From contig JBIIRX010000001.1 in NCBI GenBank assembly GCA_044341315.1, positions 1 to 32,572 on the forward strand: 32,572 nucleotides of DNA, in the 5' to 3' direction. Made by a program: the position numbers and the translations under genes. This document shows positions 8,817 through 16,917 of the stretch, piece after piece. Under the pieces are notes generated by a model. The model was not told where the DNA came from and ran no database searches. It saw nothing but the letters and a program-made list of their open reading frames with translations. Within the stretch, counting starts at the first letter, position 1, and each line of letters opens with the position of its first letter. This DNA comes from Candidatus Saccharimonadales bacterium. Its GTDB lineage: Bacteria; Patescibacteriota; Saccharimonadia; Saccharimonadales; Saccharimonadaceae.

Positions 8817-9470
8817 ATGAAGGTTACTAAATTTCAACACGCCTGCCTTGCTGTCGAGCACGAAGGTACGACTCTTATTGTTGACCCTGGCGTCTATAGC
8901 CATGATTTCATTGTCCCTAAACGCGTTAATGGTATTGTCATTACTCACAATCATCCAGACCACCTAAGCCAATCTCTGCTAAAAACTATTTTGACCAAGC
9001 ATCCTAAAGCAACAATCATAAGCCACGCGTCGATTACGTCGCAGTTCAGTGACTACGCAACGCTTGCAGTTCAATCGGGCGAGCGCCATACGATTGGCGC
9101 AATTTCACTGACGTTTTTTGGCGGTGAGCATGCTCCTATTGCCGAAGGGGTAGAAGTACCGGCCAACCTTGCCGTCCTTATCAACGACTCGCTGTATTAT
9201 CCGGGCGATTCATTTACAATTCCCCGCACGGCCACGAGGGAACGGGTCGCTGTTGATACGCTCGCACTCCCCATTAGTGCACCCTGGCTCAACTTTGCAC
9301 AGGCACGAGAAGTGCTGAAAATCATCCACCCTACGCTCGTGTTTCCAACACATGATGGTTTGCTGTCTGAAGATGGGAAGCAACTCATGGAACAAATGCT
9401 CGGAAGCTACGCCAGCAGCCAAAATATTGTGTATAAGCGCCTTGACGGCCAAACGCTCGACCTCTCATGA
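8817..9470 (+). CDS. metallo-beta-lactamase-fold hydrolase (UlaG-like)
   Basis: IVDPG, THNHPDH (HxHxDH), GEHA, YYPGDS, PTHDG. The start at 8817 follows TATACT and GAGG. Confidence 0.85.
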   Translation: MKVTKFQHACLAVEHEGTTLIVDPGVYSHDFIVPKRVNGIVITHNHPDHLSQSLLKTILTKHPKATIISHASITSQFSDYATLAVQSGERHTIGAISLTFFGGEHAPIAEGVEVPANLAVLINDSLYYPGDSFTIPRTATRERVAVDTLALPISAPWLNFAQAREVLKIIHPTLVFPTHDGLLSEDGKQLMEQMLGSYASSQNIVYKRLDGQTLDLS

Positions 9471-10111
9471 GTACCTCCTCGGCGAACGTCTCCCAGGCGA
9501 TTCAGCACCTACAGATAGCCGACCCCGTGCTTGCCGCTGTTATTGCGACGCACCCAGCCCCAGCATTTACTGCACATACTAATTACTACCAAGAGCTCGT
9601 CGAGAGCATTATCTCCCAGCAACTGAGCGTCAAAGCGGCAGCGGCAATTTTGAGCCGTTTTCGAGGGTTGTTCGGTGAACAGTTCCCGAGCCCATTAGAC
9701 ATACTCACGAAAGACGTTGAAACCTACCGATCGGTAGGTTTATCCCGCCAAAAAGCCACCTATATTCTCGACCTCGCCGCAAAAGTGACCGACGGTGCGG
9801 TTGAATTCGACCACCTTGATACTATGAGTAATGAAGCAATTATTGAAGAATTAACCCAGATTAAAGGAGTAGGTGTCTGGACCGTTCATATGTTCTTGAT
9901 GTTCTGTATGGGGAGGCTTGATATCTTGCCGGTCGGCGATTTAGGTATTCGAAACGGCATTCAAGCACTCTATGGGCTTGATGAAAAACCAAGCCCAGAA
10001 ATTATTGAAGGTATTGCACGCGAGCACCACTGGCACCCCTATGAATCGGTGGCTTGTTGGTATGTGTGGCAATCACTCAATAACACGCCCGCACTCGAAT
10101 CAGTTGTTTAA
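9467..10111 (+). CDS. alkA: DNA-3-methyladenine glycosylase II (AlkA/HhH-GPD family)
   Basis: IISQQLSVKAA, GLSRQKA, IKGVGVWT, LPVGDLGIR, WHPYESVA; ATGA overlap with the upstream gene. Confidence 0.88.
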   Translation: MSTSSANVSQAIQHLQIADPVLAAVIATHPAPAFTAHTNYYQELVESIISQQLSVKAAAAILSRFRGLFGEQFPSPLDILTKDVETYRSVGLSRQKATYILDLAAKVTDGAVEFDHLDTMSNEAIIEELTQIKGVGVWTVHMFLMFCMGRLDILPVGDLGIRNGIQALYGLDEKPSPEIIEGIAREHHWHPYESVACWYVWQSLNNTPALESVV

Positions 10112-10545
10112 AGATAGCCTTGAAGGTCCTCCGGAATTTGCGTTCCAGACGGAAGGCCTTGCAACAGTGAATCGAGACCTTCACCCTGCATCATCGTAAA
10201 GAGCTGATTAATAGACAGTATGACAAGTATTCCATTAATGAGCACAACAACCCCAAGAACAACGGCGAAGATAAGCACCGTTCGAGATGCAAACCGACGG
10301 TAGGCCTCAAACTCGAGCATCGGACGCCCCTGAGCATCACGCATAGTTCCATTCATGATACGTATGAGGTCGACGCACACCCATATACCAAGCCCACCGA
10401 TCGTCAGTAACTTAGCAATTCCCGACCCCCATTTGCCAAGATACATTCGGTCAACACCGAACACACCCCACATGAAGCTCATAAAGAACACAGCCAAAAA
10501 ATGACGCTGACGCGGAAACGAACGTGTTTTTATTTTTGACTGCAT
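10108..10545 (-). CDS. TM2 domain membrane protein
   Basis: GVFGVDRMYLGKWGSGIAKLLTIGGLGIWVCVDL is the TM2 signature. Confidence 0.88.
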   Translation of the reverse strand: MQSKIKTRSFPRQRHFLAVFFMSFMWGVFGVDRMYLGKWGSGIAKLLTIGGLGIWVCVDLIRIMNGTMRDAQGRPMLEFEAYRRFASRTVLIFAVVLGVVVLINGILVILSINQLFTMMQGEGLDSLLQGLPSGTQIPEDLQGYL

Positions 10546-10592
10546 ACACCCCTATTATACGCTTATGCAAAGCGATTAGTAGGCCAGTTTAC

Positions 10593-11912
10593 TTAAGGCG
10601 TCAATCGGTTGATATCACGTGGGAAAAGCGTCGCCTCTTTGACGTTCGCGAGGCCGATTGTTTTCTGAACCAGGCGGTCAACACCAAAGCCACAGCCACC
10701 ATGCTGTGGGAGACCGTACTTAAATGCTTGAAGGTAGTGCTTGAAGCCCTCGTGCGTGACATCAAGACCTTTCGTGGTCATTTGTTCGATCATCTTCTCG
10801 TAGTTGTTTTCACGCAGTGGTACGGTTGAAATTTCAAGGCCACGGAATAGCAGGTCGCCCCATGCAACTGTGCCATCGTCCTTAAACTTGTGATAAAACT
10901 TACCGGCCTCTGCTGGGAAATCGACAGCGTACACCAAATCACTTTGTAGCTCTTTGCGTGCATACTCAGAGATCCAGCGTTCTTCGTCTGGTGTCAGGTC
11001 TTTCTCATCGGTGGTGTCAGTTCCTGTTGCTTTGGTGTAGAGCTCATGAATGGCCGCGATAGTGAAGCGTGGTACTTTACCGTCCTCTGGAAGCACGAGC
11101 GCTGGCGCGTTAAGGCTCTGAAGATCATCGGCATGCTCATCATAGATACGGGTCAGTACTGACTGGGTCATTGCTCCAACCATATCGAGCACTTCATCAT
11201 GGTCCTTTACAAATCCCATCTCAATATCGAGCATTGTTAGCTCAGTGAGGTGGCGCGTTGTTGCGCTCGGCTCAGCTCGGTAGCTGTGGTTGATTTCAAA
11301 CACCCGCTCAAACGCACCAACCATAATTTGTTTGTAGAACTGCGGACTTTGAGCAAGGGTTGCCGTCTTACCAAAATAATCAAGTTTAAACACCTCGGCG
11401 CCACCTTCTGTGGCCTCAGCAAGGAGTTTTGGTGTATCGATTTCAATAAAGTCTTCGCCGTGCAAAAATTCACGAAGATAGCGCGTCAGGCTGGCACGAA
11501 TCTTAAATATTTTTTGCTCTTGAATGTTGCGAATGTTAAGCACCCGGTAATCAAATAGCGTATCGAGGTTTTCTGATTTATGTGAGATTGGTTTATCAAT
11601 TTCAATTGGCGGTTCATCGGTCACTGGTACCATAACTTCAACCTGTACGTCATGAAGCTCGGCGCCTCCAGGGGCACGCTCATCAGCAACGACACGGCCC
11701 GTGAGCGAAAGTACCGTACCAATTTGCATGCCACGAAGCTTTTCGAGTTGTTCCTTGTCTTCGATTTTTGTCTGCGCGAGGCCGCTACGGTCTCGAAGGG
11801 TAATAAAGTTAAGGCCACCGAGCAGGCGCTTTTTATGGAGCCATCCTTGTAGCGTAACAGTTTCACCAATGTGTTCCCCAAGTGCGTGGGCGAGTAAGCG
11901 ATGCGTGCTCAT
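10593..11912 (-). CDS. aspS: aspartate--tRNA(Asp/Asn) ligase, short non-discriminating type
   Basis: OB-fold FITLRDRSG, TEGGAEVF, LAQSPQFYKQ, YRAEPSATTRHLTE, motif 3 PQHGGCGFGVDRL; 439 aa with no GAD insert. Confidence 0.93.
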   Translation of the reverse strand: MSTHRLLAHALGEHIGETVTLQGWLHKKRLLGGLNFITLRDRSGLAQTKIEDKEQLEKLRGMQIGTVLSLTGRVVADERAPGGAELHDVQVEVMVPVTDEPPIEIDKPISHKSENLDTLFDYRVLNIRNIQEQKIFKIRASLTRYLREFLHGEDFIEIDTPKLLAEATEGGAEVFKLDYFGKTATLAQSPQFYKQIMVGAFERVFEINHSYRAEPSATTRHLTELTMLDIEMGFVKDHDEVLDMVGAMTQSVLTRIYDEHADDLQSLNAPALVLPEDGKVPRFTIAAIHELYTKATGTDTTDEKDLTPDEERWISEYARKELQSDLVYAVDFPAEAGKFYHKFKDDGTVAWGDLLFRGLEISTVPLRENNYEKMIEQMTTKGLDVTHEGFKHYLQAFKYGLPQHGGCGFGVDRLVQKTIGLANVKEATLFPRDINRLTP

Positions 11913-11961
11913 ATAGTTCTATCCTTTTTGTCGATTACGTGAAAAGTGTGGACTTGCTACA

Positions 11962-12001
11962 GGGTCACTGGTGGCAAAGGCGTCCTATTTGCCACTGACC
12001 C
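11962..12001 (-). promoter_or_regulatory. hairpin in the aspS 5' leader
   Basis: Plus-strand GGGTCA(CTG)GTGGCAAA-N9-TTTGCCAC-TGACCC: a 14-bp stem with a 3-nt bulge and no U-tail. Confidence 0.7.
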
Positions 12002-12035
12002 ATCGATTACTGTCGTCGTTTCTGCATGTCGTCAT
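11985..12035 (-). CDS. putative aspS leader peptide MTTCRNDDSNRWVSGK
   Basis: ATG 8 nt after TATACT (12044-12049), a cluster of Asn/Asp codons, and a stop inside the loop of the 11962-12001 hairpin. Confidence 0.5.
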   Translation of the reverse strand: MTTCRNDDSNRWVSGK

Positions 12036-12069
12036 AATTTTATAGTATATCAGCAAAAACAGTGCGTCG

Positions 12070-13086
12070 CTAGAGGTCGACGTGTCCTTCGCCCCTGTTA
12101 TTCAATGCACCGGCTCGAGCAGCGACAGCGCGAAGGTCGCTGTGCACATCATCTTCGTCAATAATCTTCTGCCCAATGAGGCATTCTAGTACATCTTCAA
12201 GGCTCAAGAGACCAACGGTTTCACGTGATTCATTAATGACCACGAACAAATGATGCCGTGTTTTGATAAACGCCGCCAAAGCATGCTGAAGGCTGTCATC
12301 GTGGCGAATATAGTAGACTTTCTTTTCCATAAGCTGTTCGGCCGTTTTCGATTCACGTACATCGAGCGAAAGAAGATCACGGAGGTGCACTATGCCAACA
12401 ATATGATCAATGTCTTCATGAATTACAGGGAGCCGACTGTGACCAAGGGCGTGCAGTTCATCAAGTACGAGCGGCCCAACAAACTCGCTATCGTGAATGC
12501 TGTCTATCACTGCTCGTGGCGTCATAACCGATGCGACATTCTTTTCACCGAAACGAAGGGCAGATGCAACAAGTTTTCGCTCACTCGTCGACAACGCACT
12601 TTCTGATTGTTCGATAGCCTCTGCCAACTCCTCCTTAGAGTGAAATGCTTGTGGCGCTTCGTGGACTCGCTGAGCCGGATCGCGCAGCGCAAGTAGCACT
12701 CGTTCAAACCGAGTAACAAAATCAAGAATTCGTGGCTCAATAGCTGCATACAGCTTTGATGCACCACGTTGTATAATTTTCAGCCTGGCGATGAGGGGAT
12801 ATACACAGGCGAGTAGGAGTGCCGCAATAATACCGAAAAACCATCCCACACTACCAATCAGAAAACAGGTTGCAAGTACCAATAATAATGCCCGAATGCT
12901 TCGTAGCACTGTTATAACCCCAGGATATAACTCATACCGATCGAGTTCGAGTACCCCCGCCTCAGATAGCTTGGACCGTCGCTTTAATTCCGCACGGCTC
13001 AGCTGTGAACGAACTGGCTGCATCGCCGCTGCGGTAATTAAGCCAGCGATACAGAGTACTGCGAATAATCCTAAGAATGCGCCCAT
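12070..13086 (-). CDS. membrane protein with a CBS-domain pair (CNNM/CorC/TlyC-like)
   Basis: N-terminal TMs, then VASVMTPR, GHSRLPV, IVGIVHLRDLL, VGLLSLEDVLECLIG. The ATG at 13086 is 9 nt after TACAAT. Confidence 0.85.
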   Translation of the reverse strand: MGAFLGLFAVLCIAGLITAAAMQPVRSQLSRAELKRRSKLSEAGVLELDRYELYPGVITVLRSIRALLLVLATCFLIGSVGWFFGIIAALLLACVYPLIARLKIIQRGASKLYAAIEPRILDFVTRFERVLLALRDPAQRVHEAPQAFHSKEELAEAIEQSESALSTSERKLVASALRFGEKNVASVMTPRAVIDSIHDSEFVGPLVLDELHALGHSRLPVIHEDIDHIVGIVHLRDLLSLDVRESKTAEQLMEKKVYYIRHDDSLQHALAAFIKTRHHLFVVINESRETVGLLSLEDVLECLIGQKIIDEDDVHSDLRAVAARAGALNNRGEGHVDL

Positions 13087-13156
13087 GATAGGCTCATTGT
13101 ACCCCACTTAGCCAGCGCTGTCTGCTATAATTGGTATAGTTAATTTGGAGGAATAG

Positions 13157-13852
13157 ATGAATAAAGTTGGATGGATTATTTTTAGTGCCATCGTTGTCGT
13201 GGTACTTGGTGGACTCATTGCCTGGGCGCGTATTGCGAACCCGCCCGTTGATATTAGTGGATTTAATAATGCATCAGTCATTCCAGCAGCGGAGCAGAAC
13301 GGGAGCATTGCAGACCACACGAAAGGCAGTACAGCCAATAAAGTAATCTTAATTGAGTACGGCGATTACCAGTGCCCGAGCTGTGCCGCCGCGCATCCTA
13401 ACGTCAACACCATCATGAAAGAATACGGTGAGGATGTGACGTTCGTCTTTCGTAATTTCCCTCTTACCACTATTCACCCGAACGCGCTTGCTGCAGCGGC
13501 TACTGCTGAAGCAGCTGGGTTGCAGGGTAAGTTTTGGGAAATGCACGACAAGCTGTACGAAAATAAAGACGATTGGAGTAGCGCAAACACAAATCAACGC
13601 ACTACCCTCTTTAATGGCTATGCGAGTAGCCTTAGCCTCGATAGCGCACAGTTTAGCAAAGACCTCACCAGTACATCAGTAAAGCAAAAAATCGACTTCG
13701 ACATGGCACTTGGTAAGAGCGCTGGAACGTCAGCAACACCGACGTTCTTCTTGAACGGCGAGAAGCTCGATGACACAACCGCTAACGGTATTGTCCAAGG
13801 GAATCTCGACCCAATTCGCGCTAAGCTTGATAGCCTTATAGGCAAGAACTAA
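13157..13852 (+). CDS. membrane-anchored DsbA/BdbD-family thiol-disulfide oxidoreductase
   Basis: EYGDYQCPSC (CxxC), FRNFPL, GKFWEMHDKLY, cis-Pro ATPTF; GGAGG SD. Confidence 0.92.
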   Translation: MNKVGWIIFSAIVVVVLGGLIAWARIANPPVDISGFNNASVIPAAEQNGSIADHTKGSTANKVILIEYGDYQCPSCAAAHPNVNTIMKEYGEDVTFVFRNFPLTTIHPNALAAAATAEAAGLQGKFWEMHDKLYENKDDWSSANTNQRTTLFNGYASSLSLDSAQFSKDLTSTSVKQKIDFDMALGKSAGTSATPTFFLNGEKLDDTTANGIVQGNLDPIRAKLDSLIGKN

Positions 13853-13868
13853 CCGTTATAATAAATTT

Positions 13869-13903
13869 AAAACACCCCGGTGCCTTGGGGTGTTTTATTT
13901 TTT
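13869..13903. terminator. intrinsic terminator, likely bidirectional
   Basis: AAAACACCCC-GGTGCCTT-GGGGTGTTTT followed by ATTTTTT, lying between convergent ORFs. Confidence 0.85.
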
Positions 13904-13932
13904 TGCTTAGTGAAGTCGCACCACTAGAGAAT

Positions 13933-14025
13933 CTAGTGAGCGATAAAAATTCGCCATTCGGCGGGCACCACATCCACTGCTATCTTTTTGCGCCGTGATG
14001 GCACAAACTCGATGGCTATTGGCAT
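13933..14025 (-). CDS. unannotated 30-aa small protein MPIAIEFVPSRRKKIAVDVVPAEWRIFIAH
   Basis: AAGGAG SD (14037-14042), its own promoter, and a downstream terminator. Confidence 0.6.
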   Translation of the reverse strand: MPIAIEFVPSRRKKIAVDVVPAEWRIFIAH

Positions 14026-14109
14026 GTGATTTGTTACTCCTTGTACTATGTACAGCCCCAAGCACTCCGACCTTTAATTACATAAGTTTTGGCTCAGGAC
14101 ACATAGATA

Positions 14110-14138
14110 ATACTATCAACCCGCGGTTAAATAGTCAA
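14110..14138 (-). promoter_or_regulatory. sigma70-type promoter for the 30-aa ORF
   Basis: TTGACT-N17-TAGTAT. Confidence 0.6.
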
Positions 14139-14232
14139 GTGACGCCAAGAAGACGTTCGTGCTTTTATACTACCTGAAACCTGTTGTGCATGACAATAAC
14201 CGTGAGCAATTTTATGTAGTACTTTTTACTAC

Positions 14233-14700
14233 TTATCGTGCACGCTCGTAATGGCAGGTATAGCCGCCTGGATTCTTGCGCAGATAATCTTGGTGATAGT
14301 CTTCTGCCGGCCAAAAGGTAGTAAGGGGCTCGAGCGAGGTAACGATTGGCTTTTCCCAATAGACTTGATTGCGTTGTAGCGCCGCCTCCGCTTGGCGTTT
14401 CCGCTCAGCATCCTCATAAAAGATTGCTGATCGATAGCTGGTACCGCGATCGTTCCCCTGTTGGTTCATTGTTGTTGGATCATGGATTTGAAAGAAATAG
14501 TCGAGTAGCGTGGCCGGATTGGTACGCTCTGGGTCGTAGGTTACTTCGAGTGTCTCGGCGTGGCCCGGATGGTGTTCATAGGTAGGATGGTCATTCTCTC
14601 CGCCAGCGTAACCAACTTCGGTATCAAGTACCCCTTCTTGGCCACGAAAGAGCGCTTCCATACCCCAGAAACAGCCGCCTGCAACATATAATTTCATCAT
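14233..14700 (-). CDS. msrA: peptide-methionine (S)-S-oxide reductase
   Basis: AGGCFWG, GYAGG, HAE, HDPT, QGNDRGTSYRS, AEDYHQDY, GYTCH. The real start is 14700 (or 14697), not 15012. Confidence 0.95.
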   Translation of the reverse strand: MMKLYVAGGCFWGMEALFRGQEGVLDTEVGYAGGENDHPTYEHHPGHAETLEVTYDPERTNPATLLDYFFQIHDPTTMNQQGNDRGTSYRSAIFYEDAERKRQAEAALQRNQVYWEKPIVTSLEPLTTFWPAEDYHQDYLRKNPGGYTCHYERAR

Positions 14701-14730
14701 ATATTCAGTATACGCGCCTATAATCGAAGT

Positions 14731-15108
14731 ATGAAGATGCAAAACCCCGATCTCAGCGAAGACCAAAAAGCGGTGCTGTTTGATAAGGCAACGGAAGCGC
14801 CGTTTACTGGAGCATTCCTGTACAACAAGGATACCGGTGTATATACCTGCGCCAGTTGTGGCGTGTCGCTTTTTAGTTCCGATCGTAAATACGATAGTCA
14901 TTGCGGGTGGCCAAGCTTCGATGAGGCAATTCCGGGCGCGGTAGACGAGCATATCGATACATCTCACGGCATGACTCGTACTGAAATTACCTGCGCCAAT
15001 TGTGGGGGACATTTAGGGCATGTCTTTGAGGATGGACCGATCGAAACAACCGGCATGCGTTACTGTATCAATTCTCTCTCGCTCGACTTTGATCAAAAAA
15101 ATGAATAA
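14731..15108 (+). CDS. msrB: peptide-methionine (R)-S-oxide reductase (Zn-type)
   Basis: TEAPFTG, CASC/CANC, CGWPSF, HLGHVFEDGP, RYCINS. Confidence 0.95.
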   Translation: MKMQNPDLSEDQKAVLFDKATEAPFTGAFLYNKDTGVYTCASCGVSLFSSDRKYDSHCGWPSFDEAIPGAVDEHIDTSHGMTRTEITCANCGGHLGHVFEDGPIETTGMRYCINSLSLDFDQKNE

Positions 15109-15191
15109 TTCCGGTAAATTGCTTGTGCTCTACCTCTAAAAAAGCTACTATTATAACAAAGTAACACGAGGGTCGGAGCGCCGTAGACGGC

Positions 15192-16277
15192 ATGAGCAAA
15201 GTCGCGATTAAAAAACATCTGAAAGAATTGCAGTGGCGCCTTAGTATCGTTGCGCTTTTCTTCATTGCTGGTGCAACACTTGCGTATACCTACCAAGAAC
15301 AGCTTATTCCCGCGCTTATGGCCCCCCTTCACGGTCAAAAGCTAATTTACCTTAACCCCGCTGGTGGATTCAGCTTTATCTTCCTTATTTCAATTTACAC
15401 CGGCCTCGCAATTGCTTTACCTATATTGGTGCAGCAGCTCTATGCGTTCCTTCGCCCGGCGCTGCCCGAAAAAGCCCGTAAAAAATCGTCAGCTATTATT
15501 ATCAGTTCATTCTTGTTGCTTGGAGCTGGTGTGGCATTTGGCTATTTTGTTGCCGTGCCAAACGCATTGAACTTCCTTATGACGTTTGCCGATCAATATG
15601 TATCATCGGCACTTACCGCCGATTCATACCTCAACTTCGTTATTGCCTACACGATTGGTATCGGCCTGGTATTCCAAATTCCTCTTTTGCTGCTTCTTAT
15701 TGACAGTATTAAGCCACTCAAACCAACCGGGCTGCTAAAATCGGAGCGCTGGATAATTCTTGGTGCTTTTATCGTGGCTGCAATAATCACTCCAACTCCA
15801 GACCCTATCAACCAGGCAATTGTCGCTGGGCCGGTTATTATTGTCTATCAGTTGGGCGTCGTGGCGATCTTATTAAAAATTGCCCGTATTCGCCGTGTAG
15901 AAAAAAAGCAGGCAAAAGCAAGCAAAAAAGCAATGCGTACATCCCGCTCGGCAGCCGAGGTGCCGGCGCCCATTCCTACACCGTCTGTACCAACACCTGC
16001 CATACAACCCGCTATGCAACGCCACGTACCAGCTGTGCATACAGTACCGCAACCCCGAGACATCTCTCGTCCACACAGTGCTCCCTCAGGTGGCCTCTTG
16101 GCTTCGCTTATGACAAACGCTCCAGCGCCTTCACCACAACCGCGACCAATGCGAAGTGCGACGCCACTAACAGTGACGCCTCGTACAGTTCAGCAGCCAA
16201 TCAGCATTCCAGCACGTCAACCCCAAGGGCGTTCTATGGATGGAATTGTACCTGCGCGGCGAGTAGCCGGATTTTAG
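15192..16277 (+). CDS. tatC: twin-arginine translocase subunit TatC with a Pro-rich C-terminal extension
   Basis: HLKELQWRL, QLYAFLRPAL, FGYFVAVP, FQIP, AAIITPTPDP; six TMs. Confidence 0.92.
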   Translation: MSKVAIKKHLKELQWRLSIVALFFIAGATLAYTYQEQLIPALMAPLHGQKLIYLNPAGGFSFIFLISIYTGLAIALPILVQQLYAFLRPALPEKARKKSSAIIISSFLLLGAGVAFGYFVAVPNALNFLMTFADQYVSSALTADSYLNFVIAYTIGIGLVFQIPLLLLLIDSIKPLKPTGLLKSERWIILGAFIVAAIITPTPDPINQAIVAGPVIIVYQLGVVAILLKIARIRRVEKKQAKASKKAMRTSRSAAEVPAPIPTPSVPTPAIQPAMQRHVPAVHTVPQPRDISRPHSAPSGGLLASLMTNAPAPSPQPRPMRSATPLTVTPRTVQQPISIPARQPQGRSMDGIVPARRVAGF

Positions 16278-16279
16278 CT

Positions 16280-16489
16280 TTATTCGTTACCTTCGGATAG
16301 CGAGCTCGCAACCCCATTGATGCCTTCTTGAAGCGCGTCCTTAACAGTATCAACTTGGCCTTGAATTGGTTCAATAATATCATCGTGTAAACCGCCAAGA
16401 AGATCATTCTTTATTTCCCCTACTTCGTGGGCTAAATCGGCAAGCGCCGGTACGATTTCATCAAGTCCGAAATCTTGCAAGAACCCCAT
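16280..16489 (-). CDS. small acidic amphipathic protein (69 aa)
   Basis: MGFLQDFGLDEIVPALADLAHEVGEIKNDLLGGL...; GGAG SD; starts 4 nt after the upstream stop. Confidence 0.65.
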   Translation of the reverse strand: MGFLQDFGLDEIVPALADLAHEVGEIKNDLLGGLHDDIIEPIQGQVDTVKDALQEGINGVASSLSEGNE

Positions 16490-16493
16490 GTGG

Positions 16494-16766
16494 CTATTGC
16501 TCCGCTTTTTTGTGACGACGAATACGAGCAACGATTACATAGAGTGCGCCAACGACCGCAATCGCTACAAGCAGGGCGCCTGCAGATGTTGCAATGACAG
16601 CACTTTCAGACATGCCCATAAAACCGGTGTTTGGAGCGCCGACAACGGTCTCTTCACAGTCGGCAGCAGTTTGACAACTATACGTTTCCGTGCCGTAGCT
16701 GCTTTGTCCGTAGCTTGACTGACCAACATATGTATAAGGGGTGAGGTGTGGTATTGTTACATTCAT
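16494..16766 (-). CDS. small YG-repeat protein with an APNTG + TM + basic tail (LPxTG-like anchor)
   Basis: YTYVGQSSYGQSSYGTETYSCQTAADC...GAPNTGF...hydrophobic helix...RIRRHKK. The start is 16766 or 16772. Confidence 0.75.
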   Translation of the reverse strand: MNVTIPHLTPYTYVGQSSYGQSSYGTETYSCQTAADCEETVVGAPNTGFMGMSESAVIATSAGALLVAIAVVGALYVIVARIRRHKKAEQ

Positions 16767-16831
16767 AAGCATTTCTACCGACTATTGTAGGTGTTTCATA
16801 CATAAATAGCAACCGGCCTTTTACAATATGT

Positions 16832-16859
16832 TTGACATTTATGCTTATGGCTCTATAAT
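16832..16859 (+). promoter_or_regulatory. consensus sigma70 promoter for the Tat-signal mini-protein
   Basis: TTGACA-N16-TATAAT, with TGCTTATGG in the spacer. Confidence 0.75.
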
Positions 16860-16917
16860 TAACAGTACAGAACAACAAAACAAACAAATAAATATTATTT
16901 AAAAGGTAGAAATAGGC

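Noticed and set aside
11913-12069. T-box riboswitch upstream of aspS
   Set aside because: The leader is short, with no UGGNACC T-box sequence and no U-tailed terminator.
1383-13896. Identical stem AAAACACCCC/GGGGTGTTTT in two hairpins (1383-1411 and 13869-13896) as a REP or MITE
   Set aside because: Only two copies, with different loops and flanks; explained as ordinary terminators.
14701-15012. ORF-track N-terminal extension of msrA (259 aa) suggesting a fusion
   Set aside because: It is the antisense of msrB. MsrA homology begins at 14700, right after a -10 box.
14062-15181. GGTCGGAGYGC shared by the leaders of the 30-aa ORF and tatC
   Set aside because: Two copies only. The GGTCGGA core also occurs in coding sequence at about chance frequency, and no shared fold is evident.
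16280-16489. 69-aa ORF as TatB
   Set aside because: The N-terminus loosely recalls TatA/B, but there is no hydrophobic TM helix or FG/GP hinge.
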